DNA of 64,000 nt, taken from NCBI GenBank assembly GCA_964436015.1, contig CAYTAR010000002.1:73521-137520 (forward strand), written 5' to 3'. The position numbers and the translations under genes were made by a program. Below are positions 45,472 through 55,348 of the stretch, in pieces; positions within the stretch are counted from its first letter, which is position 1; every line of letters begins with the position of its first letter. The notes beneath the pieces were generated by a model, which saw only the letters and a list, made by a program, of their open reading frames with translations, searched no databases and was not told where the DNA came from. This DNA comes from an uncultured Candidatus Saccharibacteria bacterium (GTDB lineage: Bacteria > Patescibacteriota > Minisyncoccia > Phycocordibacterales > GCA-2401445).

Positions 45472-48400
45472 TTGATGAATGAAGGAGAGAAACCACCGAA
45501 GAGTAAAGTTGCAGAAACCGAAGAGAAGATACTAGATTTCTGGCAAAAGAACGATATTTTTAAGAAAACGCTTGAAAAATCCTCACCCAAGGGTGATTTT
45601 GTGTTCTATGACGGTCCTCCATTTGCAACTGGACTTCCTCACTACGGACACATACTTCCTGCGACCATGAAGGATGTCATTCCTCGCTTTAAAACAATGC
45701 AGGGGTATCGGGTGCGAAGAAGGTGGGGGTGGGACTGTCACGGGTTGCCGGTGGAAAACTTGATTGAAAAGGAGTTGGGACTCAAAGACAAGCAGGATAT
45801 TTTGCGATTCGGTATTGGGAACTTTAATGATGAAGCCAAAAAGAGCGTGCTTCGCTACGCAGACGATTGGAGGCGTGCGGTCCCAAAGTGGGGACGGTGG
45901 GTTGATATGGTTGATGACTATCGCACCATGGATCTTTCATACACGGAATCTATCTGGTGGATGTTCAAAACGCTCCATGATAAAAATTTAATTTCTGAGG
46001 GGTATAAGTCAATGCATTTGTGCCCTCATTGCGAAACTACACTTTCAAACTTTGAGGTCAATCAGGGGTATAAAGATATTACAGATATTTCCGTGTATGT
46101 CGCTTTTGAGCTTGAGAACGAGCCGAATACTTTTTTGCTGGCATGGACGACAACACCATGGACGCTCCCAGGGAATGTTGCTCTTGCGGTTAATCCAGCC
46201 GTTGCATACTCTACAGTTGAGAAAGATGGGAAGCGTTATATCCTCGCGGAAGATCTTGTTGCAAAGAGGTTTACGCTTGAGGGTGAGACTGCAGTCGTTG
46301 GTAACAAGATAAAAGGCTCTGAGCTTATTGGCAAATCATACAAACCCGTATTTCCATACTACGCAGAAGATACGACGCTAGAAGGAAGAGAGAAGGGGTG
46401 GAAGGTATATGGTGCGGATTTTGTAACTACCGAAGATGGAACCGGAATTGTTCACATTGCTCCAGCATTTGGAGATGACGACATGACGCTCGGGAAAAAG
46501 GAAGGTCTGCCATTTGTTCAGCACGTTACTACTGGTGGAATTTTCAAGCCTGAGGTACGTGATTTTGCGGGGGTGTACGTAAAACCAAAAGATGACCACC
46601 AATCGGGTGATGTTGCGATAATAAAATATCTTGCTCACAAGGGAGTGCTTTTTGCGAAAGAAAAAATTATTCACTCATACCCTCACTGTTGGCGTTGTGA
46701 TACTCCACTTTTGAACTATGCATCAAGCTCGTGGTTTATTACGGTAACTGCGATTAAGGATAAACTCGTTGAGGAAAATAAAAAGGTACAGTGGGTACCA
46801 AAAGAGATGGGTGAGGGTCGTTTTGGGAAGTGGCTTGAAGGGGCGCGCGACTGGGCTATCTCACGCTCTCGTTTTTGGGGAGCTCCGCTTCCAGTGTGGA
46901 GGGATACGGACGGGAAAGAAGTCTTTATTCCCGCTTCGGTTAAAGAACTCAAGGAGCGAATCGGGTTTAGAAATACGTACGTGGTTATGCGTCACGGTGA
47001 AGCGGAGAGTAATGCACAGAATATTTTAAGTGGGAAAAAGGATAACCCGCACCATATAACAGAGAAAGGGAAAAAGGAGGTTGAACAAGCAATTCTTGAG
47101 TTACAAGGAAGAGCTATTGATATGGTTTTTGTATCGCCTTTTGTGCGCACACAAGAAACGGCACATATGGTACAAAAAGCATTAGGCTTAAACGATAGTC
47201 AGATAGTTACTGAGGATAGAATTGCTGAGATAGATACAGGTGATTTTAATAACAAGCCGATTGAGGAGTATCGGGCGTACTTTGAGAGCACCACTGAAAA
47301 GTTTTCAAAACGTGCCCCTAATGGCGAGAGTTTGCGTGATGTACGTACGCGCGTGGGTGAATTTTTGTACGAGATTGACAAGCGATATGAAGGTAAAACT
47401 ATTCTCATTATCACGCATGAGTATCCAATCTGGCAGTTGTACTCGGTTGCGGAAGGGTGGGATGAACGTGGATCAATCAAAGCAAAAGACGGAAGAGATG
47501 ATTTCGTTAAAACGGGAAGCGTGAGCGAGATCACCTTCGCGCCACTTCCGGTGAATGAACAGTTTGTGACTGACTTGCATCGTCCATACATTGACGAAGT
47601 GGTGCTGACAACAAAGGATGGCGCTCCGATGAAGCGAGTACCTGAAGTATTTGATTGTTGGGTAGAGTCAGGTTCCATGCCGTTTGCATCTCATGGGTAC
47701 ATAGGTAGCCCGCTCCCGCATTTTGATCCACAAAACAATGTTGGTTTTCCTGCTGATTTCATTGCAGAAGGACAGGACCAGACACGTGGGTGGTTTTACT
47801 CACTCATCGTGCTTGGCGTGGCGCTCTTCGGAGAGTCGCCGTATAAGAATGTGGTGGTGAATGGAATTGTACTTGGTGAAGATGGACAAAAAATGAGTAA
47901 ACGTCTCAAAAATTATCCTGACCCGATGCACGTTGTTGAAAAATATGGAATGGATGCATTGCGTTTATATTTACTCGGTTCACCTTTGGTAAAAGCTGAA
48001 GATGTTTGCTTTTCGGAGAAGAGTGTTGATGAAATAATGAAAAAGAATATCGGGCGACTTGATAACGTGGTCTCATTTTTTGAGATGTTTAAGGAAGGGG
48101 AAGAAGTACGTGGGGAGAGTGAACACGTCTTGGACCGGTGGATGGTAAGTAAAAGAAACCAGTTAATTATTTCTGTATCTGCATCGCTTAATGCGTACCA
48201 GTTTGATCGCGCGGTACGGGCTGTAGCGGAGTTTATTGAGGATCTTTCAACCTGGTATGTCAGACGTTCGCGTGACCGTTTTAAAGGGGAGGACTTGAGT
48301 GATGTGGCATGTGCACGTAAGACGCTCAGAGAAACACTTTCTATTCTTGCGCGAGTAAGTGCTCCACTGATTCCATTTACCGCTGAGCATGTGTACAGGG

Positions 48401-48954
48401 CCGTGAGAGAAGAAAGCGACCCCGAGAGTGTACATCTCTCAGAGTGGCCAGTAGCAGGAGTGGTGGACGAAACTCTTCTTTCATACATGAATACTGCGCG
48501 AGAGTTGGTGTCATTTGGGTTTGATGCGCGCACAAAAGCAAAAATAAAAGTTCGCCAACCCCTCGCATTGCTCACCATAAAAGAGAAACTTCCAGCAGAA
48601 TTTCTTGATCAAATTGCCGATGAAGTAAATGTGAAAGAGGTTATTGTTGGAGATACCAAAGAAGATTCTGTATTGCTTGATACGACACTTACCCCCGTAC
48701 TTGTTACCGAAGGGTATCAGCGTGACGTTATTCGTCATGTGCAGGAAAAGAGAAAAGAAGCGGGGCTACAGACGAGTGATAAAATAGTACTCATGATTGA
48801 GGGGGATAGTAATACGCACGCTTTTATTTCAGCAATTGAGCACGAGCTTGGGCGCGTGGCGCAGGTTGCGCGTTTTGAATACAAGGGGCCAGGTGAAGAT
48901 AGTTCTCTCGTACTGGGTAGTTTCTCTTTCTCTTTTTCGGTGAAGAAATTGTAA
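45472..48954 (+). CDS. ileS: Isoleucyl-tRNA synthetase (type 2) with inserted histidine-phosphatase (PGAM-like) domain
   Basis: PPFATGLPHYGHIL (HIGH region), KMSKRL (KMSKS), and WAISRSRFWGAPLPVW are all IleRS-typical. An in-frame ~200-aa insert at about 46972-47568 carries RHGE...N, SPFVRTQETA and ITHE motifs. Confidence 0.85.
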   Translation: MMNEGEKPPKSKVAETEEKILDFWQKNDIFKKTLEKSSPKGDFVFYDGPPFATGLPHYGHILPATMKDVIPRFKTMQGYRVRRRWGWDCHGLPVENLIEKELGLKDKQDILRFGIGNFNDEAKKSVLRYADDWRRAVPKWGRWVDMVDDYRTMDLSYTESIWWMFKTLHDKNLISEGYKSMHLCPHCETTLSNFEVNQGYKDITDISVYVAFELENEPNTFLLAWTTTPWTLPGNVALAVNPAVAYSTVEKDGKRYILAEDLVAKRFTLEGETAVVGNKIKGSELIGKSYKPVFPYYAEDTTLEGREKGWKVYGADFVTTEDGTGIVHIAPAFGDDDMTLGKKEGLPFVQHVTTGGIFKPEVRDFAGVYVKPKDDHQSGDVAIIKYLAHKGVLFAKEKIIHSYPHCWRCDTPLLNYASSSWFITVTAIKDKLVEENKKVQWVPKEMGEGRFGKWLEGARDWAISRSRFWGAPLPVWRDTDGKEVFIPASVKELKERIGFRNTYVVMRHGEAESNAQNILSGKKDNPHHITEKGKKEVEQAILELQGRAIDMVFVSPFVRTQETAHMVQKALGLNDSQIVTEDRIAEIDTGDFNNKPIEEYRAYFESTTEKFSKRAPNGESLRDVRTRVGEFLYEIDKRYEGKTILIITHEYPIWQLYSVAEGWDERGSIKAKDGRDDFVKTGSVSEITFAPLPVNEQFVTDLHRPYIDEVVLTTKDGAPMKRVPEVFDCWVESGSMPFASHGYIGSPLPHFDPQNNVGFPADFIAEGQDQTRGWFYSLIVLGVALFGESPYKNVVVNGIVLGEDGQKMSKRLKNYPDPMHVVEKYGMDALRLYLLGSPLVKAEDVCFSEKSVDEIMKKNIGRLDNVVSFFEMFKEGEEVRGESEHVLDRWMVSKRNQLIISVSASLNAYQFDRAVRAVAEFIEDLSTWYVRRSRDRFKGEDLSDVACARKTLRETLSILARVSAPLIPFTAEHVYRAVREESDPESVHLSEWPVAGVVDETLLSYMNTARELVSFGFDARTKAKIKVRQPLALLTIKEKLPAEFLDQIADEVNVKEVIVGDTKEDSVLLDTTLTPVLVTEGYQRDVIRHVQEKRKEAGLQTSDKIVLMIEGDSNTHAFISAIEHELGRVAQVARFEYKGPGEDSSLVLGSFSFSFSVKKL

Positions 48955-48960
48955 CGGTAT

Positions 48961-49548
48961 ATGTACCACGTACATACGACTGATGCGTATATTTTAGAGC
49001 GAAATCCGCACGGAGAAGCGAATGCGCTCATAACGCTTTTTACACGCGAGTTCGGACGCATACAAGCGGTGGCTCAGGGGGTAAGAAAGGGCGTTTCAAA
49101 ACTTAATCCTTCACTGCAAGAATACTCACGCGTTCGTGTTTCGCTCGTTCGTGGACGTGAGTGGTGGAGGGTGGTTTCAGTGGGTGGGTGTACTTCACTT
49201 TTTGCATGCACAAAGAATGATGAGGAGCGCTTACGTGTGGTAGTGAACAGTAGTAAGTTATTGGGACGCTTAGTGCAAGGAGAAGAGGGAAATGAAGCTT
49301 TGTTTGATGCGTTCACCGAGGTTATGCATTTGCTTGCAGATAGGAGCAACACGCGTGAAGTTATTTCCGCGCTTGAAATAATACTGGTGCTCCGTGTGCT
49401 GTATCATTTGGGATATGTATCAAAGACTGATGATATTGTTTCAATTATTGAAGAAGGGGTGAGTGATGCCATAATTTCAAAGGTTCTCACCGTGCGCTCG
49501 CAGTTGATTTCGTCAATTAATACGTCACTCAAGGTAACACAGTTATAA
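48961..49548 (+). CDS. recO: RecO-like recombination mediator (short form)
   Basis: N-terminal OB-fold pattern (AYILERNPHGEANALITLFTREFGRIQAVAQGVRKGVSKL...LQEYSRVRV) and a later helical region (LEIILVLRVLYHLGY) resemble RecO. No C-terminal zinc-finger region is apparent. Confidence 0.5.
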   Translation: MYHVHTTDAYILERNPHGEANALITLFTREFGRIQAVAQGVRKGVSKLNPSLQEYSRVRVSLVRGREWWRVVSVGGCTSLFACTKNDEERLRVVVNSSKLLGRLVQGEEGNEALFDAFTEVMHLLADRSNTREVISALEIILVLRVLYHLGYVSKTDDIVSIIEEGVSDAIISKVLTVRSQLISSINTSLKVTQL

Positions 49549-49573
49549 ATAATTTTGTGGTATACTGCACACA

Positions 49574-51523
49574 ATGGAGAAGGAACGGCCAGAGGATATT
49601 ATAGAGCGAACCAAACGGAAACTGTACTCGGTAGACGGTGCTTCAATTCAACACGAAAAGACAGTAGAGCTACACAAGCAATCTTTTGAGGTGCCGGAAG
49701 GGTGGCAGTCAGATGAAAATGTTTCTGTTGGTGGTAAAGATGTTGACTATAGTATGGCGCGAAGAAAATTACATGATCACTCGTTGCTAAAAAAACTGTT
49801 GGTGGTTGCAGGGGTGTTTTTTGCTGTTGCTGTCGGCATTTTTTCATACTTATATTTTGGCGGATTAAATACTATTTCATCTCAGAATGTTGATATTACA
49901 ATTATTGCGCCCGTTACCGTGGCGGGAGGGGAACCTCTTCCTATTCAGTTGGTGGTCAGTAACCGAAATTCTATTCCACTTGAATCTGCCCTACTTACTC
50001 TTGAATTTCCAGAAGGAACACGCTCTGGAGAGTCTTCTGGAGAAGCGTTGGTTCGATATACGTATGATTTAGGGAAAGTGGAGGCTGGGGGAGATGTGAA
50101 TCATACTGTGAATGCAGTTCTTTTTGGTGAAGAAAATAGTATCAAACGGATTGTGGTGTCGGTTGAGTATCGTGTGCCCGACTCAAGCGCGCGATTGTAC
50201 AAAGAAAAGTTTTATGAGCCGACAATTAGTTCGTCTCCAGTAATCATGTCTATAACGCCGATTAAGGAGACAAATTCTGGTAAGGAATTTACCATGACAG
50301 TGACGGTTGCCTCAAACTCTGGTTCAACAATTGAAGATGTGTTACTGAAGGCTGAGTATCCGTTTGGGTACGAGTTTGTGAGCGCAACTCCTGAACCAAC
50401 CTTTGATGATAGTGTGTGGAGAATTGGTGACTTACGTCCAGAGCAGAAGAAGGAAATTGTCATACGCGGAGTGCTTACAGGTGAAGACGGTTCAAACCGC
50501 GCGTTCAATTTTTCCGTTGGTAATCAAGATACTCAAAATGAAAAACGAATTGGAATTACGCTTCTTTCTCAACAAGAGACGGTGCGTATCGCACGTCCGT
50601 TTATTGGCACGACTCTCGCATTGAATGGAAAGAGTGATGGCACGGCGATTATAAATGCCGGCGGTACGGTTCGAGGGGATATTTCGTATGTAAATAATCT
50701 TCCTACGCAAGTTACTAACGTTGAAATTGAGGTTAAGCTCGGAGGAACTATTCTTGATAGGCGTTCAGTATCTGCAGGAAACGGTTTCTATCGCTCCATT
50801 GACGATACGATTGTGTGGGAGAAGAGCAGAAACGCTTCACTTGCGTCACTTAATCCTGGGGAGCGAGGAACGGTGAGTTTCAGTGTGTCTCCTTTGGCTA
50901 TAACACCGGGAACATTGTCACTGTACGGAAATCCGGAAATGAATTTCGTAGTGAGTGTCCGAGGTACACGAGTATCTGAATCAAATGTACCTGAATCTAT
51001 TGTTTCAAGTACGGAGGGAAAGGTGGTTCTTGCTTCAAACTTGTCAGTACAGCCGAGAGTGGTATATTCAGATGGTCCTTTTGTGAATACTGGACCAGTT
51101 CCACCACGAGCTGAGCTTGAAACAACGTATACGGTCTACTGGACAATAACCAATACGACAAATGACGTGTCCGGTGCTCGTGTGTCCGCCTCTTTGCCTT
51201 TCTATGCGCGATGGGTTGGTCAAGTGAGTCCTCCGAACGAGCGTGTTACGTATAATCAAGTTGGAGGACAAATTGTGTGGGATGTTGGAAGTATTCCAGC
51301 AGGAAGTGGGTTATTGTCTACTCCACGTGAGGTGGCGTTCCAGGTTGCAATTTTGCCTAGTTTAAGTCAATTGGGGACCGAACCAAATATTATTGGAGCA
51401 ACGACACTCACCGGGTTTGATGTGTTTACCGAAACCTCGCTTCAAGCAACGGCTCGTGAGGTTACGACGCGTCTTACAAGCGATCCACTGTATGGTTTTA
51501 GTAAGGGAGAAGTTGTTCAGTAA
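49574..51523 (+). CDS. Hypothetical single-pass membrane protein with large extracytoplasmic domain
   Basis: An ~80-aa cytoplasmic N-terminus, a TM segment (LLVVAGVFFAVAVGIFSYLYF), then a ~550-aa Ser/Thr/Val-rich region predicted to be beta-rich. Confidence 0.4.
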   Translation: MEKERPEDIIERTKRKLYSVDGASIQHEKTVELHKQSFEVPEGWQSDENVSVGGKDVDYSMARRKLHDHSLLKKLLVVAGVFFAVAVGIFSYLYFGGLNTISSQNVDITIIAPVTVAGGEPLPIQLVVSNRNSIPLESALLTLEFPEGTRSGESSGEALVRYTYDLGKVEAGGDVNHTVNAVLFGEENSIKRIVVSVEYRVPDSSARLYKEKFYEPTISSSPVIMSITPIKETNSGKEFTMTVTVASNSGSTIEDVLLKAEYPFGYEFVSATPEPTFDDSVWRIGDLRPEQKKEIVIRGVLTGEDGSNRAFNFSVGNQDTQNEKRIGITLLSQQETVRIARPFIGTTLALNGKSDGTAIINAGGTVRGDISYVNNLPTQVTNVEIEVKLGGTILDRRSVSAGNGFYRSIDDTIVWEKSRNASLASLNPGERGTVSFSVSPLAITPGTLSLYGNPEMNFVVSVRGTRVSESNVPESIVSSTEGKVVLASNLSVQPRVVYSDGPFVNTGPVPPRAELETTYTVYWTITNTTNDVSGARVSASLPFYARWVGQVSPPNERVTYNQVGGQIVWDVGSIPAGSGLLSTPREVAFQVAILPSLSQLGTEPNIIGATTLTGFDVFTETSLQATAREVTTRLTSDPLYGFSKGEVVQ

Positions 51524-51525
51524 AT

Positions 51526-52902
51526 ATGAAAAACGAATCACAAAATACAATGGAATTAATTGTGTCGCTTGCGAAGCGACGCGGTTTTATATATCAAGGA
51601 TCAGAAATTTATGATGGTCTTGCTGGTACGTGGGACTACGGACCGCTTGGGGTACTACTAAAGCAGAATATTAAACAGCTATGGTGGAAGCGTTTTGTTG
51701 AGTCGCGTGATGATATGTACGGTGTGGATGCAGCTATTTTAATGAATCAGAATGTATGGAAAGCGAGCGGACACGTGGGGGGGTTTAATGATCCTCTTGT
51801 GGATGATGTTAAAACAAAAAGGCGGTATCGTGCGGATCATCTGCTTGAAGAAAATGGAATTAATCCTGCAGGTATGACCCTTGCGGATATGAATGCGTGT
51901 ATTGTGGAGAAAAATATAAAAAGTCCCGAAGGTAATGCGTTGGGAGAGGTTCGTCAATTTAACATGATGTTTAAAACACATGTTGGTGCGACAGTTGATG
52001 AAAATGCGATATCATACCTCCGTCCTGAAACTGCGCAGGGTATGTTTGTGAATTTTAAAAATGTCATGGATTCATTCAGTCCGAAAATACCTTTCGGATT
52101 GGGTCAAATCGGTAAAGCTTTCAGGAATGAAATTGCTCCGAGGGATTTTATTTTTAGAACTCGGGAGTTTGAGCAAATGGAGGTTGAGTATTTTGTGCAT
52201 CCGAATGACTGGGAACGAGCGTTTGAGGAGTGGAGAGGGGAGATGCATGCGTTTATGAGTGACATTGGACTTCCGCAAGAGCGCGTTCATGAACTTGAGG
52301 TTCCTGATAGTGACCGCGCGCACTATTCAAAACGGACAATTGATTTTGAATTTGAGTATCCGTTTGGAAGAAAAGAGTTATACGGTCTTGCGTACCGTAC
52401 TGATTATGATTTACGAAAACACCAAGAACACAGCGGGGTGTCTCTTGAGTATTTTGAACAGGAGACTCGTGAAAAGTATATTCCGCATGTGATTGAACCA
52501 TCTTTGGGAGTAGACAGAACGGTGCTCGCAATTCTTGCGAGTGCGTACACAGAGGATGAACTCGGTGGTGAGAAGCGAGTGTACTTAAAATTCACTCCTC
52601 GTATTGCGCCGGTACAAGTTGCGGTGTTTCCTTTATTGAAAAACAAACCGGAGCTCGTTGCGAAGGCTCGCGAAGTGTACAGTATTCTGAAACAGAGTGG
52701 CATACGCGCAAAGTTTGATGATAATGGGAATATTGGAAAGCGGTATCGCAGACAGGATGAAATCGGCACCCCATTTTGTGTGACTGTTGACTTTGATACC
52801 CTTGAGAAAGACGATACGGTTACCGTGCGTAACCGTGATACAGGGGAACAGGAGCGTTTATCTTGTGAAAATATTCTCTCTGAATTGCAAAAACGCCTGT
52901 AG
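51526..52902 (+). CDS. glyQS: Glycyl-tRNA synthetase (dimeric class II, archaeal/eukaryotic type)
   Basis: N-terminus LAKRRGFIYQGSEIYDGLAGTWDYGPLG. Motif 2 FRNEIAPRDFIFRTREFEQME. A C-terminal anticodon-binding domain. Confidence 0.85.
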   Translation: MKNESQNTMELIVSLAKRRGFIYQGSEIYDGLAGTWDYGPLGVLLKQNIKQLWWKRFVESRDDMYGVDAAILMNQNVWKASGHVGGFNDPLVDDVKTKRRYRADHLLEENGINPAGMTLADMNACIVEKNIKSPEGNALGEVRQFNMMFKTHVGATVDENAISYLRPETAQGMFVNFKNVMDSFSPKIPFGLGQIGKAFRNEIAPRDFIFRTREFEQMEVEYFVHPNDWERAFEEWRGEMHAFMSDIGLPQERVHELEVPDSDRAHYSKRTIDFEFEYPFGRKELYGLAYRTDYDLRKHQEHSGVSLEYFEQETREKYIPHVIEPSLGVDRTVLAILASAYTEDELGGEKRVYLKFTPRIAPVQVAVFPLLKNKPELVAKAREVYSILKQSGIRAKFDDNGNIGKRYRRQDEIGTPFCVTVDFDTLEKDDTVTVRNRDTGEQERLSCENILSELQKRL

Positions 52903-52920
52903 GGCGTTTTTTGTTTTCAG
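52890..52920 (+). terminator. Rho-independent terminator overlapping glyQS stop codon
   Basis: aaacgcc-tgtag-ggcgtttttt. Confidence 0.6.
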
Positions 52921-52951
52921 AACTCATTTTATTTGATACACTGCTCATACT

Positions 52952-54220
52952 ATGAAGTTCAAAAAAAGCATATTATCTAATGGTATTCGCCTGATTGTCG
53001 CTCCCATGGAGGATAATCCAACTGTTACTGCGCTTGTGTTGGTTGAGGCAGGCTCTAAGTATGAGAAGAAAGAGGAGAGTGGAATATCTCATTTCCTTGA
53101 GCATATGATGTTCAAGGGGACAACCAAGCGACCCAAGGCTCTTGATATCAGTCGCGAGTTAGATGCCCTTGGTGCTGAGTACAATGCGTTTACTTCCCAG
53201 GAGTTTACTGGGTACTACGCAAAGGCAAATGGAAAACACGCTGAAAAAATTATTGATGTCGTTTCTGATATTTTTCTTAACCCAACGTTCCCTGAAATAG
53301 AACTAGATCGTGAACGAGGGGTGATTATTGAGGAGATAAATATGTACGAAGACCTCCCACATCGTCAGGTGCATGATGAGTTTATGAGACTCTTGTATAA
53401 AGACCAACCTGCGGGGTGGAGTATTGCCGGCACTAAAGAGGTGATTCGCTCACTTGCTCCACATCAGTTTAAGAAGTACCACAAGAATCACTATGTTCCA
53501 GAGGCAACAACAGTGGTTATTGCAGGGGCGATAACTGCGCCACACGCACTCAAACTTGCGAAAAAGTATTTTGGTTCAATGAAGCCCGCAAAGAAAGGAG
53601 CAAAAAAGAAAGTGAAAGAAAATCAGCAGGTTCCTGAGCTTTTAGTGAAAAATAAAAAAACTGATCAAACACACCTTGTGCTCGGCGTGCGAACGTACCC
53701 AATGATGCACAAAGATGACACCGTGCTTTCGGTGATGGCGGGAGTTCTTTCTGGTGGTATGAGTTCGCGATTGTTCCAAAAAATGCGTGAGGAACTCGGC
53801 GTGTGCTACTACATTCGTGCCCAACACGATGCGTATACCGACCATGGCGTACTTGCGATTTCAGCAGGGGTTGATAAAACTCGTTTACAAGAAGTGGTAC
53901 GTGAACTTATGAATGAATTGCGTCGTCTCACTACGGAAGAAGTTTCAAGTGATGAGTTGTTGAAAGTGAAAGAATATTTAGTTGGAAGATTTTTGCTTGG
54001 TATGGAGACAAGTGATGCCGTTGCACAGAATTTTGGTTTTGAAGAATGTCTTAGACATGAAGTAAAAAAAGTAGAGCATACTATTGCTCAGGTTAAAGCC
54101 GTGACCGCAAAGGATATTATGCGTGTTGCACGTTCAGTGATGAAAAATAACCGCCTCAATTTGGCAATAATTGGCAATGGTATTGATGAGTCACACATTC
54201 AACCCCTCCTTGCCTTTTAA
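52952..54220 (+). CDS. M16-family zinc peptidase (insulinase-like)
   Basis: Inverted zinc-binding motif HFLEHMMFKGT (HxxEH) plus a downstream Glu. Confidence 0.8.
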   Translation: MKFKKSILSNGIRLIVAPMEDNPTVTALVLVEAGSKYEKKEESGISHFLEHMMFKGTTKRPKALDISRELDALGAEYNAFTSQEFTGYYAKANGKHAEKIIDVVSDIFLNPTFPEIELDRERGVIIEEINMYEDLPHRQVHDEFMRLLYKDQPAGWSIAGTKEVIRSLAPHQFKKYHKNHYVPEATTVVIAGAITAPHALKLAKKYFGSMKPAKKGAKKKVKENQQVPELLVKNKKTDQTHLVLGVRTYPMMHKDDTVLSVMAGVLSGGMSSRLFQKMREELGVCYYIRAQHDAYTDHGVLAISAGVDKTRLQEVVRELMNELRRLTTEEVSSDELLKVKEYLVGRFLLGMETSDAVAQNFGFEECLRHEVKKVEHTIAQVKAVTAKDIMRVARSVMKNNRLNLAIIGNGIDESHIQPLLAF

Positions 54221-54225
54221 GGTCT

Positions 54226-55338
54226 GTGTTATTATGGGTAGACACTATGAACGATAGACCGCTACTCATATCAATAACGTCGGGAACCATTGTCAAAATA
54301 CTATTGCTTTTATTGGCGGTGTATTTATTTTTTGTGTTGAAAGATGTGGTTTTAGTGGTTCTTACTTCTGTTGTGATTGCCTCTGCGATAGAGCCATGGA
54401 CAGTGTGGTTTGAAAAACGGGGATTAAGAAGGTTGCCAGGTGTACTCACAATTTACGGAACAGTCGCGCTGTGCGCAATAGGGTTCTTTTACCTTTTTTT
54501 ACCACCACTTCTTGATGAGTCAGCCGGGCTTCTTAGAGCGCTCCCAAGTTACCTTGAATCAACTGAGCTATGGGCACCAACTGGTACCGGCAATGCGCTT
54601 GTAGAGCTTGGAAATACATTCCAAGGACTTCACGATTCTTTCTCAACAAAAGATTTATTAGGAGGAGTGCAATCAACAATATCAAATCTCTCTGCGGGAT
54701 TTATTCAGACCGCGAGTACCTTCTTTGGAGGTATTGTGAGTTTTGCAATGATTGTCGTACTTTCATTTTATCTTTCGGTACAGAGTAACGGGGTGGAATC
54801 TTTCTTGCGTATTGTTACTCCACTCAAGAACGAGCGGTACATTATTGATTTGTGGAGACGATCTCAAATGAAAATAGGGCAGTGGATGCAAGGACAGATG
54901 CTTCTTGGAGTTATTATTGGCGTACTTGTCTACCTGGGTCTATCTATTCTTGGTGTTGAATATGCGTTCCTACTCGCGCTTCTTGCAGCGGTCTTGGAGC
55001 TTATTCCACTCTTTGGTCCGATCATCGCTGCGATTCCTGCAGTTGGTATTGCTATGAGTGACGGAGGGATTACTGCGGTATTGTTAGTAGTTGGTTTGTA
55101 CGTCATTATTCAACAGTTTGAAAACCATTTGATATATCCTTTGGTGGTACGAAAGGTGGTTGGGGTTCCGCCACTGCTTGTGATTTTAGCGCTTCTCGTT
55201 GGTGCAAAATTGGGAGGATTTTTGGGAATTTTACTCTCGGTGCCAATCGCTGCGGCACTTCGTGAATATTTGTCAGATGTGGAGTCTGATAGGAAAAAAG
55301 AAGGCGAGGCTCTTGCGAATGAAGGGTTAAACACGTAA
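54226..55338 (+). CDS. AI-2E family transporter (PerM/YdiK-like)
   Basis: About 8 TM segments with the characteristic C-terminal ELIPLFGPIIAAIPAV region. Confidence 0.65.
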   Translation: MLLWVDTMNDRPLLISITSGTIVKILLLLLAVYLFFVLKDVVLVVLTSVVIASAIEPWTVWFEKRGLRRLPGVLTIYGTVALCAIGFFYLFLPPLLDESAGLLRALPSYLESTELWAPTGTGNALVELGNTFQGLHDSFSTKDLLGGVQSTISNLSAGFIQTASTFFGGIVSFAMIVVLSFYLSVQSNGVESFLRIVTPLKNERYIIDLWRRSQMKIGQWMQGQMLLGVIIGVLVYLGLSILGVEYAFLLALLAAVLELIPLFGPIIAAIPAVGIAMSDGGITAVLLVVGLYVIIQQFENHLIYPLVVRKVVGVPPLLVILALLVGAKLGGFLGILLSVPIAAALREYLSDVESDRKKEGEALANEGLNT

Positions 55339-55348
55339 GGTTAGAGCT

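Noticed and set aside
46972-47568. Possibility that the IleRS insert is an intein
   Set aside because: There is no Cys/Ser/Thr at the N-terminal splice junction, no C-terminal His-Asn, and no Hint-domain blocks. Instead it has clear RHGE/SPxxRxxQTA histidine-phosphatase motifs.
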